Assembly (NCBI GenBank): GCA_964361595.1
Contig: CAYIAX010000001.1
Coordinates: 32,100 to 96,099 of the forward strand
From: an uncultured Candidatus Saccharibacteria bacterium
GTDB lineage: Bacteria > Patescibacteriota > Minisyncoccia > UBA6257 > 2-01-FULL-56-20
Direction: 5' to 3'
DNA length: 64,000 bases
The notes under the pieces are model-generated. The model was not told the DNA's origin. It did no database searches and saw only the letters and a list, made by a program, of their open reading frames with translations. Each line of letters starts with the position of its first letter. The stretch's first letter is position 1. Both the position numbers and the translations under genes were made by a program. This document shows positions 1-9,597 of this stretch, piece by piece.

Positions 1-1218
1 GTAAAAGGGTTAGATCCCAAAACAGGAGTGGACATTTTTCGTTCGCCCGACGATGCCCAGCCTTTTTCCGGCTTGGCCTTCAAGATTGCAACCGATCCTT
101 ATGTGGGTACGCTCACGTATTTCAGAAATTATTCCGGAGTGCTGAAGCGCGGTTCTTATGTTTTAAATGCGACCAAGGGCGAACAGGAGCGTATCGGCCG
201 CGTGGTTAGGATGCATGCGAACCAGCGCGAAGAAGTGGAAGAAGTTTATGCGGGCGAGATCGCCGCAATTGTGGGCTTGAAGAACACGACGACGGGCGAC
301 ACTTTGGCTGCGCCCGAAGCTCCGCTTATTTTGGAAAAAATCATCTTCCCCGAACCGGTGATTGGCATTCGGATCGAGCCGAAGACCAAAGCCGACCAGG
401 AAAAAATGGGTGTGGCTTTGCGTCGGCTCTCCGAGGAAGATCCGACTTTCCGCGTGAAAGGGGACGAGGAGACCGGCGAGACCATCATTCAGGGCATGGG
501 CGAGCTCCACCTCGAGATCATCGTGGACCGCATGAAGCGGGAATTTAACGTGGAGGCTAATGTCGGCCGCCCGCAGGTTGCTTACAAAGAAACCGTGACA
601 AGCGAAGCCGAAGCGGAAGGCAAGTACATCCGCCAGTCCGGCGGCCGCGGACAATACGGCCATGTTTGGGTGAAGGTGCGTCCGCTTGAGCGCGGCAAGG
701 GCTTTGAATTCTCAAATGCGATTAGGGGCGGCAGTATCCCGCAGGAATTTATTCCGGCGGTGGAAAAAGGCGTGAAGGAGGCGATTGATAGGGGCATCCA
801 GGCCGGTTATCCGGTCGTGGACGTCGAAGCCGAGCTTTTCGACGGTTCTTTCCATGAAGTCGACTCTTCAGAGGCGGCCTTTAAGATCGCCGGCTCCATC
901 GCTTTCCAGGAAGCCGCAAGGCGCGCCAAACCCGTAATTTTGGAGCCGATCATGAATGTGCAGGTCTTAGTTCCGCAGGATTTTTTGGGGGAAGTTACCG
1001 GAGATTTGAATTCGCGGCGGGGAAGAATTGAAACTTTGGGCGATCGCGGTACGGTGAAGGTAATTGACTGCAAAGTGCCGCTTTCCGAAATGTTCGGCTA
1101 TGCGACCCAGATTCGTTCGATGACGCAGGGGAGAGGAAGCTTCACGATGGAATTTTTTGCGCACGAACCGGTGCCGAAAAATATCGAACAACAAATTATC
1201 GAAGGGAAGCGGAAGTGA
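1..1218 (+). CDS. fusA: elongation factor G, C-terminal ~400 aa (5' end lies upstream of window)
   Basis: ORF 28..1218 is in frame with position 1. The translation matches EF-G domains II-V (motifs [60 protein letters not shown]). Confidence 0.93.
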   Translation, partial: VKGLDPKTGVDIFRSPDDAQPFSGLAFKIATDPYVGTLTYFRNYSGVLKRGSYVLNATKGEQERIGRVVRMHANQREEVEEVYAGEIAAIVGLKNTTTGDTLAAPEAPLILEKIIFPEPVIGIRIEPKTKADQEKMGVALRRLSEEDPTFRVKGDEETGETIIQGMGELHLEIIVDRMKREFNVEANVGRPQVAYKETVTSEAEAEGKYIRQSGGRGQYGHVWVKVRPLERGKGFEFSNAIRGGSIPQEFIPAVEKGVKEAIDRGIQAGYPVVDVEAELFDGSFHEVDSSEAAFKIAGSIAFQEAARRAKPVILEPIMNVQVLVPQDFLGEVTGDLNSRRGRIETLGDRGTVKVIDCKVPLSEMFGYATQIRSMTQGRGSFTMEFFAHEPVPKNIEQQIIEGKRK

Positions 1219-1348
1219 ACCGGCAACTTGCGCTGGTTCGCTCATCCGGTGTGAACGCGCGCCGGATTTTTTTCGCGAAAAAACTTTGTCCTTGCCAAGG
1301 CAGGCGGTATCCTTTATATTTTTTAAATAGTACGAGGGAGGAGATGAA

Positions 1349-1714
1349 GTGGTCATCTTGCTGGTGGTCAATTACGAGAATCGTGCCATGCTCCAGAATC
1401 TTCTCCGCGGTCTTCCCGGAAAAGTTGTGGCGGTTACTTCACTGCGGGGGGCCGAAAGAAAATTCGATGCCCTGTCGGAAGTCGACGTGATAGTGCTGCA
1501 GCCCTGCATTGCGAGCTCTACTCCGAATACGGCGGAGTTCATAACGGACATAAAGCGAAAGGGGTTCTCCGGTAAGATCGTCGTCGTCTCCGACAACATA
1601 GGCCAACGGGGCACGCTTATCCGTGCAGGGTGTACGCAGGCTTGCAGTCCGTGCAACCTTTTCTGCACGGTCCTCGACGCTACCTTGGGACCGACTGCGA
1701 CAGTCATCCGCTAG
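1349..1714 (+). CDS. hypothetical protein with CheY/receiver-like fold, GTG start, inserted between fusA and tuf
   Basis: 121-aa ORF. GGAGG Shine-Dalgarno at 1337-1341, 7 nt before the GTG. Alternating hydrophobic beta-strand / helix pattern (VILLVVNYEN..., VVAVTS, VDVIVLQP, KIVVVSDN) resembles a receiver domain, but the canonical Asp pocket is not evident. Confidence 0.4.
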   Translation: MVILLVVNYENRAMLQNLLRGLPGKVVAVTSLRGAERKFDALSEVDVIVLQPCIASSTPNTAEFITDIKRKGFSGKIVVVSDNIGQRGTLIRAGCTQACSPCNLFCTVLDATLGPTATVIR

Positions 1715-1847
1715 AGTCGTTTTCTACGGCCCTTTTATTTTCGCCTTCATTTGGATTTTGAAATATAAGGCGAAAATACCCTGCCGCCCCTTGGGGCGAG
1801 CCTCGCCGCAGGCGGGAGCTGTGTCGAGGGGTTGCTTACTTGGACAT

Positions 1848-1876
1848 TTGACAGCCCGGCCGCCGTACCTTACAAT
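1848..1876 (+). promoter_or_regulatory. sigma70-type promoter upstream of tuf (TTGACA-N17-TACAAT)
   Basis: TTGACA at 1848-1853, a 17-nt spacer, TACAAT at 1871-1876, about 100 nt upstream of the tuf ATG. Confidence 0.6.
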
Positions 1877-1975
1877 CTGTAATTGTCGGAAAACAGCCTT
1901 GAGCTTTGAGGTTTCAGCTTTTAGAAAACGGCGCTAAAAGCCAAAAGCTAACACCTAAAAGCTTATAAAAAAAGC

Positions 1976-3175
1976 ATGGCGGAAAAAGAAAAGTTTTCAC
2001 GGGCGAAACCTCACGTGAATGTGGGGACAATCGGGCACGTTGACCACGGCAAGACAACCTTGACCGCGGCCATTACGCATGTGCTCTTTAAGAAAGGTCT
2101 GGCGAAAAAGGAGGAAGGAGTCGATCAGATTGACAATGCGCCGGAAGAAAAAGCGCGCGGCATTACGATCGCTCTGCATCATTCCGAATATGAATCGGAA
2201 AAACGCCACTACGCGCACATTGACGCGCCAGGGCACGCCGACTACATCAAAAACATGATCACGGGCGCCGCCCAGATGGATGGCGCGATTTTAGTTGTCG
2301 CGGCTACGGATGGCCCGATGCCGCAAACGCGGGAACATGTGCTTTTGGCTCGCCAGGTAGGCGTGCCGGCTATCGTGGTCTTCTTGAACAAAGTTGATCA
2401 AGTTGACGATCCGGAGTTGGTGGACTTGGTTGAATCCGAAGTCCGCGAACTTTTGAAGAAATATGAATTTCCTGGAGATCAAGTGCCGGTAATTCGCGGT
2501 TCGGCCTTAAAAGCCTTGAATTCTGCTTCGCTTGACGATGCGGATGTAAAGCCGATTCTCGATCTCGTGAAAGCCTTGGATGATTTCATCCCGGAGCCTG
2601 TGCGCGAGCTCGATAAGCCGTTTCTGATGCCGATCGAAGACATTTTCTCGATTGAAGGACGCGGCACGGTTGTAACCGGGCGCGTTGAGCGCGGTAAGGT
2701 GAAGGTAAACGAAGAAGTGGAAGCGGTTGGCCTGCGACCGACGCAAAAGACGGTCGTAACCGGCATTGAAATGTTCAACAAACTCCTGGATGAAGGCATG
2801 GCGGGCGACAACGTCGGTATCTTACTCCGCGGGCTTAAGAAAGAAGATGTGGAGCGGGGACAAGTAATCGCGAAGCCTGGTTCTGTGACCCCGCACACCG
2901 AATTTGAATGCGAAGTCTATGTGCTGTCCAAAGAGGAAGGCGGCCGGCATACGCCATTTTTCGCCGGTTATAAGCCGCAGTTCTACATCCGCACGACTGA
3001 CGTAACTGGCGAAGTAATTTTGCCCCAGGGCACGGAAATGGTCATGCCGGGGGATACGATTAAGCTCACAGCTAAACTCATCTCACCCGTGGCCTTGGAA
3101 GAAAAGCAAAGGTTCGCCGTCCGCGAAGGCGGCAAAACGGTTGGTGCAGGCGTGGTCACTAAAATCATTAAGTAA
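1976..3175 (+). CDS. tuf: elongation factor Tu
   Basis: 399 aa. [11 protein letters not shown]-loop, DCPGHADY, NKVD, SALKAL. Full-length match to EF-Tu. Confidence 0.97.
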   Translation: MAEKEKFSRAKPHVNVGTIGHVDHGKTTLTAAITHVLFKKGLAKKEEGVDQIDNAPEEKARGITIALHHSEYESEKRHYAHIDAPGHADYIKNMITGAAQMDGAILVVAATDGPMPQTREHVLLARQVGVPAIVVFLNKVDQVDDPELVDLVESEVRELLKKYEFPGDQVPVIRGSALKALNSASLDDADVKPILDLVKALDDFIPEPVRELDKPFLMPIEDIFSIEGRGTVVTGRVERGKVKVNEEVEAVGLRPTQKTVVTGIEMFNKLLDEGMAGDNVGILLRGLKKEDVERGQVIAKPGSVTPHTEFECEVYVLSKEEGGRHTPFFAGYKPQFYIRTTDVTGEVILPQGTEMVMPGDTIKLTAKLISPVALEEKQRFAVREGGKTVGAGVVTKIIK

Positions 3176-3242
3176 GGATATTAGCCACTGGGGTTTAGCC
3201 AATAGGGTGAACCCTAAACCCAAAACCCTAGACCCTTAAAAC

Positions 3243-3575
3243 ATGACCAAGAAGAAGGAAGCCGAAGTACCTCAAAAATTACGCCTGCGCATCCGAGCTT
3301 ACGATCACAAACTGATCGATAACTCCGCCCGGCAGATCATTGATACCGCCGAGCGCAACGATGCAAGAATCGTGGGACCGATCCCATTGCCCACGGAAAT
3401 CAAGCGGTATACGGTGAATCGCGCGACCTTCAAGTACAAGGACCATCGCGAGCAGTTCGAGCTGCGGGTCCACAAACGCCTGATCGATATCATGAATCCT
3501 TCGGCTAGGATTATCGAATCGCTCACGAATTTAAATCTGCCGGCCGGAGTGGATATTGAAATCAAAATAGTTTAA
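3243..3575 (+). CDS. rpsJ: 30S ribosomal protein S10
   Basis: 110 aa. The [18 protein letters not shown] ... RLIDI motif pattern matches S10. Confidence 0.93.
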   Translation: MTKKKEAEVPQKLRLRIRAYDHKLIDNSARQIIDTAERNDARIVGPIPLPTEIKRYTVNRATFKYKDHREQFELRVHKRLIDIMNPSARIIESLTNLNLPAGVDIEIKIV

Positions 3576-3628
3576 TTTCAATTTAAATTAAGATAGTTTA
3601 AAGCAAGTGTAAGTAAGTAAAACAAAAA

Positions 3629-3654
3629 ATCCCGTGTGAGGCGGGTTTTTTGTT
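3629..3654 (+). terminator. weak intrinsic terminator after rpsJ
   Basis: A short CCCG/CGGG hairpin followed by TTTTTTGTTG. Confidence 0.4.
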
Positions 3655-3732
3655 GTAAGAAGTCATCCCTCGACGCTGCTCAGGATGAAAAAAATCATTG
3701 CCAAGCTCAAAATTCAATGCTAGGGTTAGCCT

Positions 3733-4944
3733 ATGCGCCAATCCCAACTCTTCACGAAAACCGAGCGGAACGCGCCCCAAGACGAAATTGCTTTAAACGC
3801 TCAACTTTTAGCGCGGGGCGGTTTTGTTTATAAGAATTCCGCGGGGGTTTACTCATTTCTACCCTTGGGCTGGCGCGTCATCCAGAAAATTACGCAAATC
3901 GTCCGTGAAGAAATGAACGCCATCGGCGGCGTGGAAATGTTCATGCCGGCATTAATAGATAAAAAATATATGGAAATGACTGGCCGTTGGGATATCAGCA
4001 TTGATTTTCAAACAAAGAGTAGGTACGGAGGCGAATTCGCTTTGGGCTGGACACACGAAGAATTGTTAACCGAAGTTGTTACTAAATATATCAGCTCTTA
4101 TCGCGATTTACCCTTCTCCGCTTACCAAATTCAGACAAAATTCCGGGATGAGAAACGGCCAAAATCAGGCATCCTACGAGGCCGGGAATTTATGATGAAA
4201 GACCTTTATAGTTTTCACCAGAGCCAAGCTGATCTGGACCGTTTTTATGAAAAGGTAGCAAAAGCTTATGCAAAAATTTTTGAGCGCTGCGGATTTAAAG
4301 CAATTTATACGCTCGCGGCCGGGGGAGATTTTACAAAAAGCTATACGCACGAATTCCAGGTTCTCGCGCCTGTCGGAGAAGATACGATATTCTTATGCGA
4401 AAAATGCGATTACGCTGAAAACCAGGAAATATCTGAACTTAAGGATGACTCGGGGTGTACCAAATGCGGCGGCAAAATAAAAGAAGCAAAGGCGATTGAG
4501 GTTGGGAACATATTCCCCCTCGGAACCAAGTTTTCGGAAGCCTTCGATCTCAAATTTCTCAATGAAAAAGGCGAGAAAGAGCTGGTAGTTATGGGGTCTT
4601 ACGGTATCGGCATCGGCCGCTTAATGGGTACGGCGGTAGAGCTTTTTCATGACGACCACGGCATCATCTGGCCCAAAGCGATCGCGCCGTTCGCGGTGCA
4701 TTTGATCGAGCTTGAGGGCGGCAAAGGTGAAGAGATTTATCACGATTTACAAAAACGGGGCGTTGAAGTACTGTATGACGAAAGAACGCTTTCCGCAGGC
4801 GAAAAGTTCGCCGATGCTGACCTTTTGGGCATCCCAGTCCGCTTGGTCACGAGCGCGAAGACGGGAGAGAAGCTCGAGCTAAAATTGCGGAATGAATCAG
4901 AAGTAAAGCTTATGACCTTGGACGAATTAAGCAACCAATTATGA
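3733..4944 (+). CDS. proS: prolyl-tRNA synthetase, short form lacking the bacterial editing insertion
   Basis: 403 aa. Class II motif 2 FRDEKRPKSGILRGREFMMKD, and an N-terminal region like ProRS (QLFTKTERNAPQDEIALNAQLL). C-terminal anticodon-binding-like region. Confidence 0.7.
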   Translation: MRQSQLFTKTERNAPQDEIALNAQLLARGGFVYKNSAGVYSFLPLGWRVIQKITQIVREEMNAIGGVEMFMPALIDKKYMEMTGRWDISIDFQTKSRYGGEFALGWTHEELLTEVVTKYISSYRDLPFSAYQIQTKFRDEKRPKSGILRGREFMMKDLYSFHQSQADLDRFYEKVAKAYAKIFERCGFKAIYTLAAGGDFTKSYTHEFQVLAPVGEDTIFLCEKCDYAENQEISELKDDSGCTKCGGKIKEAKAIEVGNIFPLGTKFSEAFDLKFLNEKGEKELVVMGSYGIGIGRLMGTAVELFHDDHGIIWPKAIAPFAVHLIELEGGKGEEIYHDLQKRGVEVLYDERTLSAGEKFADADLLGIPVRLVTSAKTGEKLELKLRNESEVKLMTLDELSNQL

Positions 4945-5987
4945 TGATTTTCAGCCATTTTTTAAGGGATTTGGGCATAGACCTTGGCACCGCCAATTCG
5001 CTAATTTATGTGCGCAACCGCGGGCTTGTGATTAACGAGCCGTCGGTGGCGGCCGTAAATACCAAAACCAATCATATTCTTGCTGTTGGCGAAGAAGCGA
5101 AAAAGATGCTGGGACGGACACCGGCACATATCAATGTCGTGCGTCCGCTCGTGAACGGCGTGATTTCGAACTTTGAAATGACACAGGAGATGTTGCGGCA
5201 CTTTTTGCGCCGCCTGCAGGGCAAAGCGATGTTCTCGGGCTACCGCCGCGCGATCTTGGCGATCCCCAATAATTTGACCGAAGTCGAAAGAAAGTCCGTG
5301 GAAGACGTGGCCTTGAATGTCGGCTGCACAAAAGTTTACTTAGTTGAAGAACCGGTGGCGGCCGCTTTGGGGGCGAACCTGCCGATCGACACGCCGACCG
5401 CCAATCTCGTTATTGATATCGGTGGCGGCACGACCGATATCGCCGTAATCTCGATGGGTGGTACCGTGGTCTCGAAGACCCTGAAGGTGGCCGGCGACAA
5501 ATTGAACGAGGACATCATGCGGTTCGTGCGCGATGAATTCAAACTTGTGATCGGAGAGCCGACAGCCGAAATGGCGAAGATCGCCGTCGGTTCGGCCGCG
5601 CCGATCGACAGCCGCCTCGAGATCCCGATCCGCGGACGCGATTTAAGCACGGGCTTGCCGCGCGAAGTCATGATCAAAAATAACCATATACGCATGGCCA
5701 TTGGCAAATCCCTGCGTTACATCGTGGATTCCATCCATGAAGTGATCGAATCGACCCCGCCCGAACTCGCGGGCGATACCTTGAAGCAGGGAATTTGTCT
5801 TTGCGGCGGAGGAGCCCTTTTGCGCGGCTTGGACCAGGTGATCGAAAAAGAAACGGGGGTCGCGACCCAGATCGCCGAGGATCCCTTGACCTGCGTGGCC
5901 CGCGGCTTGGGGCAAATCGTGGACAATTTCGATCACCACCGCGAACTTTTGGATAATCCCTTGAAACCGCTCGTGATCAACCTCTAA
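4941..5987 (+). CDS. mreB: rod shape-determining actin homolog MreB
   Basis: 348 aa. GIDLGTANSLIYV, DIGGGTTDIAVIS, LCGGGALLRGLD. The start overlaps the proS stop (ATGATGA). Confidence 0.92.
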   Translation: MMIFSHFLRDLGIDLGTANSLIYVRNRGLVINEPSVAAVNTKTNHILAVGEEAKKMLGRTPAHINVVRPLVNGVISNFEMTQEMLRHFLRRLQGKAMFSGYRRAILAIPNNLTEVERKSVEDVALNVGCTKVYLVEEPVAAALGANLPIDTPTANLVIDIGGGTTDIAVISMGGTVVSKTLKVAGDKLNEDIMRFVRDEFKLVIGEPTAEMAKIAVGSAAPIDSRLEIPIRGRDLSTGLPREVMIKNNHIRMAIGKSLRYIVDSIHEVIESTPPELAGDTLKQGICLCGGGALLRGLDQVIEKETGVATQIAEDPLTCVARGLGQIVDNFDHHRELLDNPLKPLVINL

Positions 5988-6100
5988 TGATCCCGTTAGA
6001 AATCACGCGAATAAAATTTCAAATTACAATGGGATATCACCTTAAATCAGAAATTGCAACAGTCGTTTTGTCGGAAGTCTTATTTCTAACGGGATGAGCT

Positions 6101-6784
6101 ATGCGCTTAAATGTCTTGCTTCCAATTGCGCTCGCGGTTCTAAGCCTTATTCTAATCTTTAATTTCCCGACCGCCAGCAAATTCCAGCGCGCGCTTTCTT
6201 TAGGCGCCGGCGGCGAGGCGGACTATGCGACCAAGTTGCGGATCGAAAACGACGCTTTGCGCGCGGAACTAGCGCTCCTCCAAAGCATCAAGGACAGATT
6301 GCCTGTAGCGAACGCCAAGTTTCAAACTGCTTTGGTTTACTCTCGTTATCCCTTTAATTTCAAAAAAGAATTCGTTATTAATGCTGGCGCAAATTCGGGG
6401 GTTGCGCCCGGAGCAGCCATTCTTATAAGCGGCGGTGGAGCCGAATCTTTGTTCGTGGGCAGGGTGAAAGATGTCTACGAAACGACCGCTGTCGTCCAAA
6501 CGATTTTCGATGCCGGAGCCCAGACAGCCGTGCGGGTAGGTAATTCCGGAGTAGAAGCGCTCTTGAAGGGCGGCAATGAGCCGACCGTGATTTTAATCCC
6601 GAAGGAAGCGGTAATCCAAGCTGGCGACCCTGTCTACGTCGTGGAAGCCGGCGCGCCTTTGGGGATCGCGGTGGGCTCCATTGGCGAGCTTAAATTCTCG
6701 AGCGATCAGTTTTTTAAAGAAGCGACCCTGCGTTTGAGTTATGACCTGCCCGCCATCGAGGTCGTGAACGTCGAACTTAAATAA
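6101..6784 (+). CDS. mreC: rod shape-determining protein MreC (short)
   Basis: N-terminal TM segment, coiled-coil (ENDALRAELALLQS) and a beta-rich C-terminal domain. Synteny mreB-mreC-mreD-mrdA. Confidence 0.65.
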   Translation: MRLNVLLPIALAVLSLILIFNFPTASKFQRALSLGAGGEADYATKLRIENDALRAELALLQSIKDRLPVANAKFQTALVYSRYPFNFKKEFVINAGANSGVAPGAAILISGGGAESLFVGRVKDVYETTAVVQTIFDAGAQTAVRVGNSGVEALLKGGNEPTVILIPKEAVIQAGDPVYVVEAGAPLGIAVGSIGELKFSSDQFFKEATLRLSYDLPAIEVVNVELK

Positions 6785-7248
6785 TGCGTTCGAAACTTAT
6801 TTTTACCGGTTGCCTGGTGCTCGTTCTGGGAACCGCTTTGCAGGTTTTAAGTCTAGGGTGGCTTGGCTGGTCGGCGGATTTCGTGCTTATCGCTCTCCTC
6901 GCTTTTGGTCCGTGGGCGCGCTTCAAGGAATTTATTTTGTTTTTACTCATCGGAGCCGCGGTTTTAAGCTGGCGGCCGGGAGTAAGCTACGAAATTTTGC
7001 TCGTCGCCGGCGTGCCGCTTTTCTTCTTTGCGGTGGAAAAAATCTTTCCGTGGCATGTTTGGATAAATTTCATCATCTCCCTTATTCTGGGCACAGTTGT
7101 TTTTTATTTGCTCCTGGGCCAGCAGATGATTTTCTTGGAATGGGCAGTTTTACTAAAGGTACTTTTCTTAAATTTGCTTTGGGGCAGCGCGCTCTTCATT
7201 TTTTTAGGCCGTAAATTTGCTCCGCGCGGCGAGCGCATGTTTGTCTGA
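6784..7248 (+). CDS. mreD: rod shape-determining protein MreD-like integral membrane protein
   Basis: 154-aa polytopic membrane protein. Its position between mreC and the PBP2 gene is the typical place for mreD. Confidence 0.55.
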   Translation: MRSKLIFTGCLVLVLGTALQVLSLGWLGWSADFVLIALLAFGPWARFKEFILFLLIGAAVLSWRPGVSYEILLVAGVPLFFFAVEKIFPWHVWINFIISLILGTVVFYLLLGQQMIFLEWAVLLKVLFLNLLWGSALFIFLGRKFAPRGERMFV

Positions 7249-9113
7249 TGGACGACAAAGAATTGGTTTTCGAAGAATCATTAAGCAGTGAATGGTCCGG
7301 CGACTTCGATGTGGTTGAGGTTCCCTTGAACGAGCGGCCGCTTTTTTTCGTCGGCATCGTGATTTTGGCGCTGGGGCTCATTGTAGGCATCCGCGTGGCT
7401 TATTTGGGTATCATCCGCGGCAATTTTTATGCCAAGCGGGCGGAAGCGAATGTAAGCTATGTTCGCCGGATCCCGGCGCCCCGCGGCCTTATCCTTGATG
7501 TTCGAGGAAAGGTTCTCGCTGAAAACAGGGCGGTTTTTTCGGCAGCCTTGAATCTGCGGGAATTTTTAAAGCAGAAAAAATACGAGGCAGAAACTTTGAG
7601 CGTGATTGAAGAGGTACTTGGGATCCCCCAGGCGGACGTGTTAACCATGATTAAGGATCGGAATTTGGAATTTTTATCCGAACCTCTGTTGCTTACAGCA
7701 GAACTTACGCAGCCGCAGATCGTGGCCCTAAAGAGCAAATCACTGCCTACGCTTGCCGTGGTAGACAACTTCCAGCGTGAATACCCCGGCGGCGAAATTT
7801 TTTCTTCGATCTTGGGTTATATCGGCCTGCCGACCAAGGAGGATCTCAAACGGAACGCTAATTTGGACGGGCAGGATATGGTCGGCAAAACAGGGCTCGA
7901 AAGTTTTTATGACGAACGCCTGCGGGGCAGGCCGGGGGCCGCCGTTAAAACCCGTGACGCTAAAGGGAATATTTTGAGCGAAGAAGAGAAAACCGATGCT
8001 AAAATTGGGGCTCCCTTGGAGCTTACGATCGACGCGGAGCTGCAGGAATATTTTTATGAACGGTTTCGCGAAGGGTTAATTTCTCTAGGGAGGACTTCCG
8101 GCGTTGGCTTGGCCTTGAACCCCCAAAATGGCGAAATACTTTCACTCATCAATTTCCCGGCTTATGACAACAATATTTTTACTCACTCTGGCAATTCGGA
8201 GGCGAAGAAAAACGTGCTCACATCGTCCGCGCGTCCGCTTTTTAATCGGGCGGTGAGCGGTCTTTACTCTCCCGGTTCGACGATTAAGCCTTTGGTTGCT
8301 ACCGCCGCTTTGACCGAAGGCGTGGTCACGCCGCAGAAGAGCGTTTTCTCGCCGGGGTATTTGGACGTGCCGAATCCTTATGACCCGGACCAGCCCACCA
8401 GATTTCTTGACTGGCGTTTTCAGGGCAATGTGAATGCGGCCTCCGCGATTGCGCAGTCCTCGAACGTATATTTTTATGCGGTCGGCGGCGGCGCTTTTGA
8501 CATCAAGGGCTTGGGAATCTCGCGCCTGCGCGAGTGGTGGCAGAAATTTCATTTGGGCGAAGCAACCGGCATTGATTTGCCCGGAGAGGCCAAGGGATTT
8601 CTGCCTTCGCCGGAATGGAAAGAAAAAGCGAGCGGCAAGGCCTGGCTTTTGGGTGACACATATAACGTGGCGATCGGGCAGGGAGATTTGATTATTACCC
8701 CCGTCCAGCTTTTGAGCTACATCGGCGCTATGGCTAACGGCGGGAAAATTTGGCGGCCAGTTATTGTGAAGACAGACGAGCACGAGGTCATTGCCGATGT
8801 AACTTTTGCTAAGCCCGCGATTGAAGAAGTGCAAAGGGGAATGATCTCTGCGATTACGGCGCCCATGGGCACTGCCCATTTATTGGCCGACTTGCCGATG
8901 GCTGTTGCCGGCAAAACCGGAAGCGCACAGATCCAAAACAAAGCTGCGGAAAACGCTTTTTTTGTGGGTTATGCACCCGCCGATCCGGCCTCTGGGCCGC
9001 CGCAAATTGCCATCCTGATCCTGGTTGAAAATTCGAAACAAGGGAGTTTAAATGCAGTCCCGATCGCCAAAGACGTACTCCGCTGGTATTACGAGCATCG
9101 AGTCAAAAAATAG
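7248..9113 (+). CDS. mrdA: penicillin-binding protein 2 (peptidoglycan D,D-transpeptidase)
   Basis: 621 aa. N-terminal TM segment and the transpeptidase motifs SGSTIKP (SxxK), SSN and KTGS. Synteny with mreBCD. Confidence 0.85.
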   Translation: MDDKELVFEESLSSEWSGDFDVVEVPLNERPLFFVGIVILALGLIVGIRVAYLGIIRGNFYAKRAEANVSYVRRIPAPRGLILDVRGKVLAENRAVFSAALNLREFLKQKKYEAETLSVIEEVLGIPQADVLTMIKDRNLEFLSEPLLLTAELTQPQIVALKSKSLPTLAVVDNFQREYPGGEIFSSILGYIGLPTKEDLKRNANLDGQDMVGKTGLESFYDERLRGRPGAAVKTRDAKGNILSEEEKTDAKIGAPLELTIDAELQEYFYERFREGLISLGRTSGVGLALNPQNGEILSLINFPAYDNNIFTHSGNSEAKKNVLTSSARPLFNRAVSGLYSPGSTIKPLVATAALTEGVVTPQKSVFSPGYLDVPNPYDPDQPTRFLDWRFQGNVNAASAIAQSSNVYFYAVGGGAFDIKGLGISRLREWWQKFHLGEATGIDLPGEAKGFLPSPEWKEKASGKAWLLGDTYNVAIGQGDLIITPVQLLSYIGAMANGGKIWRPVIVKTDEHEVIADVTFAKPAIEEVQRGMISAITAPMGTAHLLADLPMAVAGKTGSAQIQNKAAENAFFVGYAPADPASGPPQIAILILVENSKQGSLNAVPIAKDVLRWYYEHRVKK

Positions 9114-9127
9114 TATATAATTAAGGC

Positions 9128-9295
9128 ATGGACAGCCTGATGGGGCTTCTGGTCGTCGTCCTCATAATTCTGGCGATAGTGCTCGTTTTCGAGGTCGCAA
9201 GCCTATACCGGAAAGTGCGCAAGCTCCGCAAGGTAATTATCGATCTCGAGGGCGACGAAGAAGAAGTCCATGAAGTTGGCAGAAACGGGGATTAA
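9128..9295 (+). CDS. small membrane protein (55 aa), probably expressed leaderless
   Basis: ATG at 9128 lies 6 nt after a TATAAT box (9116-9121). Hydrophobic N-terminus LLVVVLIILAIVLVF, acidic C-terminus. Below the 60-aa ORF-track cutoff. Confidence 0.35.
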   Translation: MDSLMGLLVVVLIILAIVLVFEVASLYRKVRKLRKVIIDLEGDEEEVHEVGRNGD

Positions 9296-9597
9296 TCCCT
9301 CACCCTTGAAGCATCTGGTTATGTTTTTCGTTTATCTTTTAAAAGGTCTAAACAGATGAACCAAGGCAGGGAATTCTATATTGGTTTTGCTGAAGATTTA
9401 AAAAAGAGAATAGAAAAACATAACCAGGGACTGGTTCAAACAACAAGGAATATGAGACCATTAGAATTGCTGTACTGTGAAATTTATAAATCAAAAAAGG
9501 ATGCCCTGCTCCGTGAAAAGCGATTGAAGCAATTTGCCAAAGGATTCGCTTCGCTAAAGAGTCGGCTTCGTTATTCAATGCTTCAAGGGTGAGGGAT
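9295..9597. mobile_element. GIY-YIG minielement: 237-nt GIY-YIG gene bounded by perfect 20-bp inverted repeats
   Basis: ATCCCTCACCCTTGAAGCAT at 9295-9314 and its exact reverse complement at 9578-9597 bracket ORF 9356..9592. Confidence 0.5.
9356..9592 (+). CDS. GIY-YIG nuclease family protein (UPF0213/YhbQ-like, 78 aa)
   Basis: FYIGFAEDLKKRIEKHNQG ... LLYCEIYKSKKDALLREKRLKQ matches the GIY-YIG core (GIY ... YIG-like, then R ... E ... N). Confidence 0.7.
   Translation: MNQGREFYIGFAEDLKKRIEKHNQGLVQTTRNMRPLELLYCEIYKSKKDALLREKRLKQFAKGFASLKSRLRYSMLQG

Noticed and set aside
163-3168. Numerous minus-strand ORFs of 60-166 aa overlapping fusA and tuf (for example 163-663, 967-1371, 2479-2898)
   Set aside because: They lie antisense within highly conserved housekeeping genes, have low-complexity or Arg/Ser-rich translations and no ribosome-binding sites. 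These are typical shadow ORFs.
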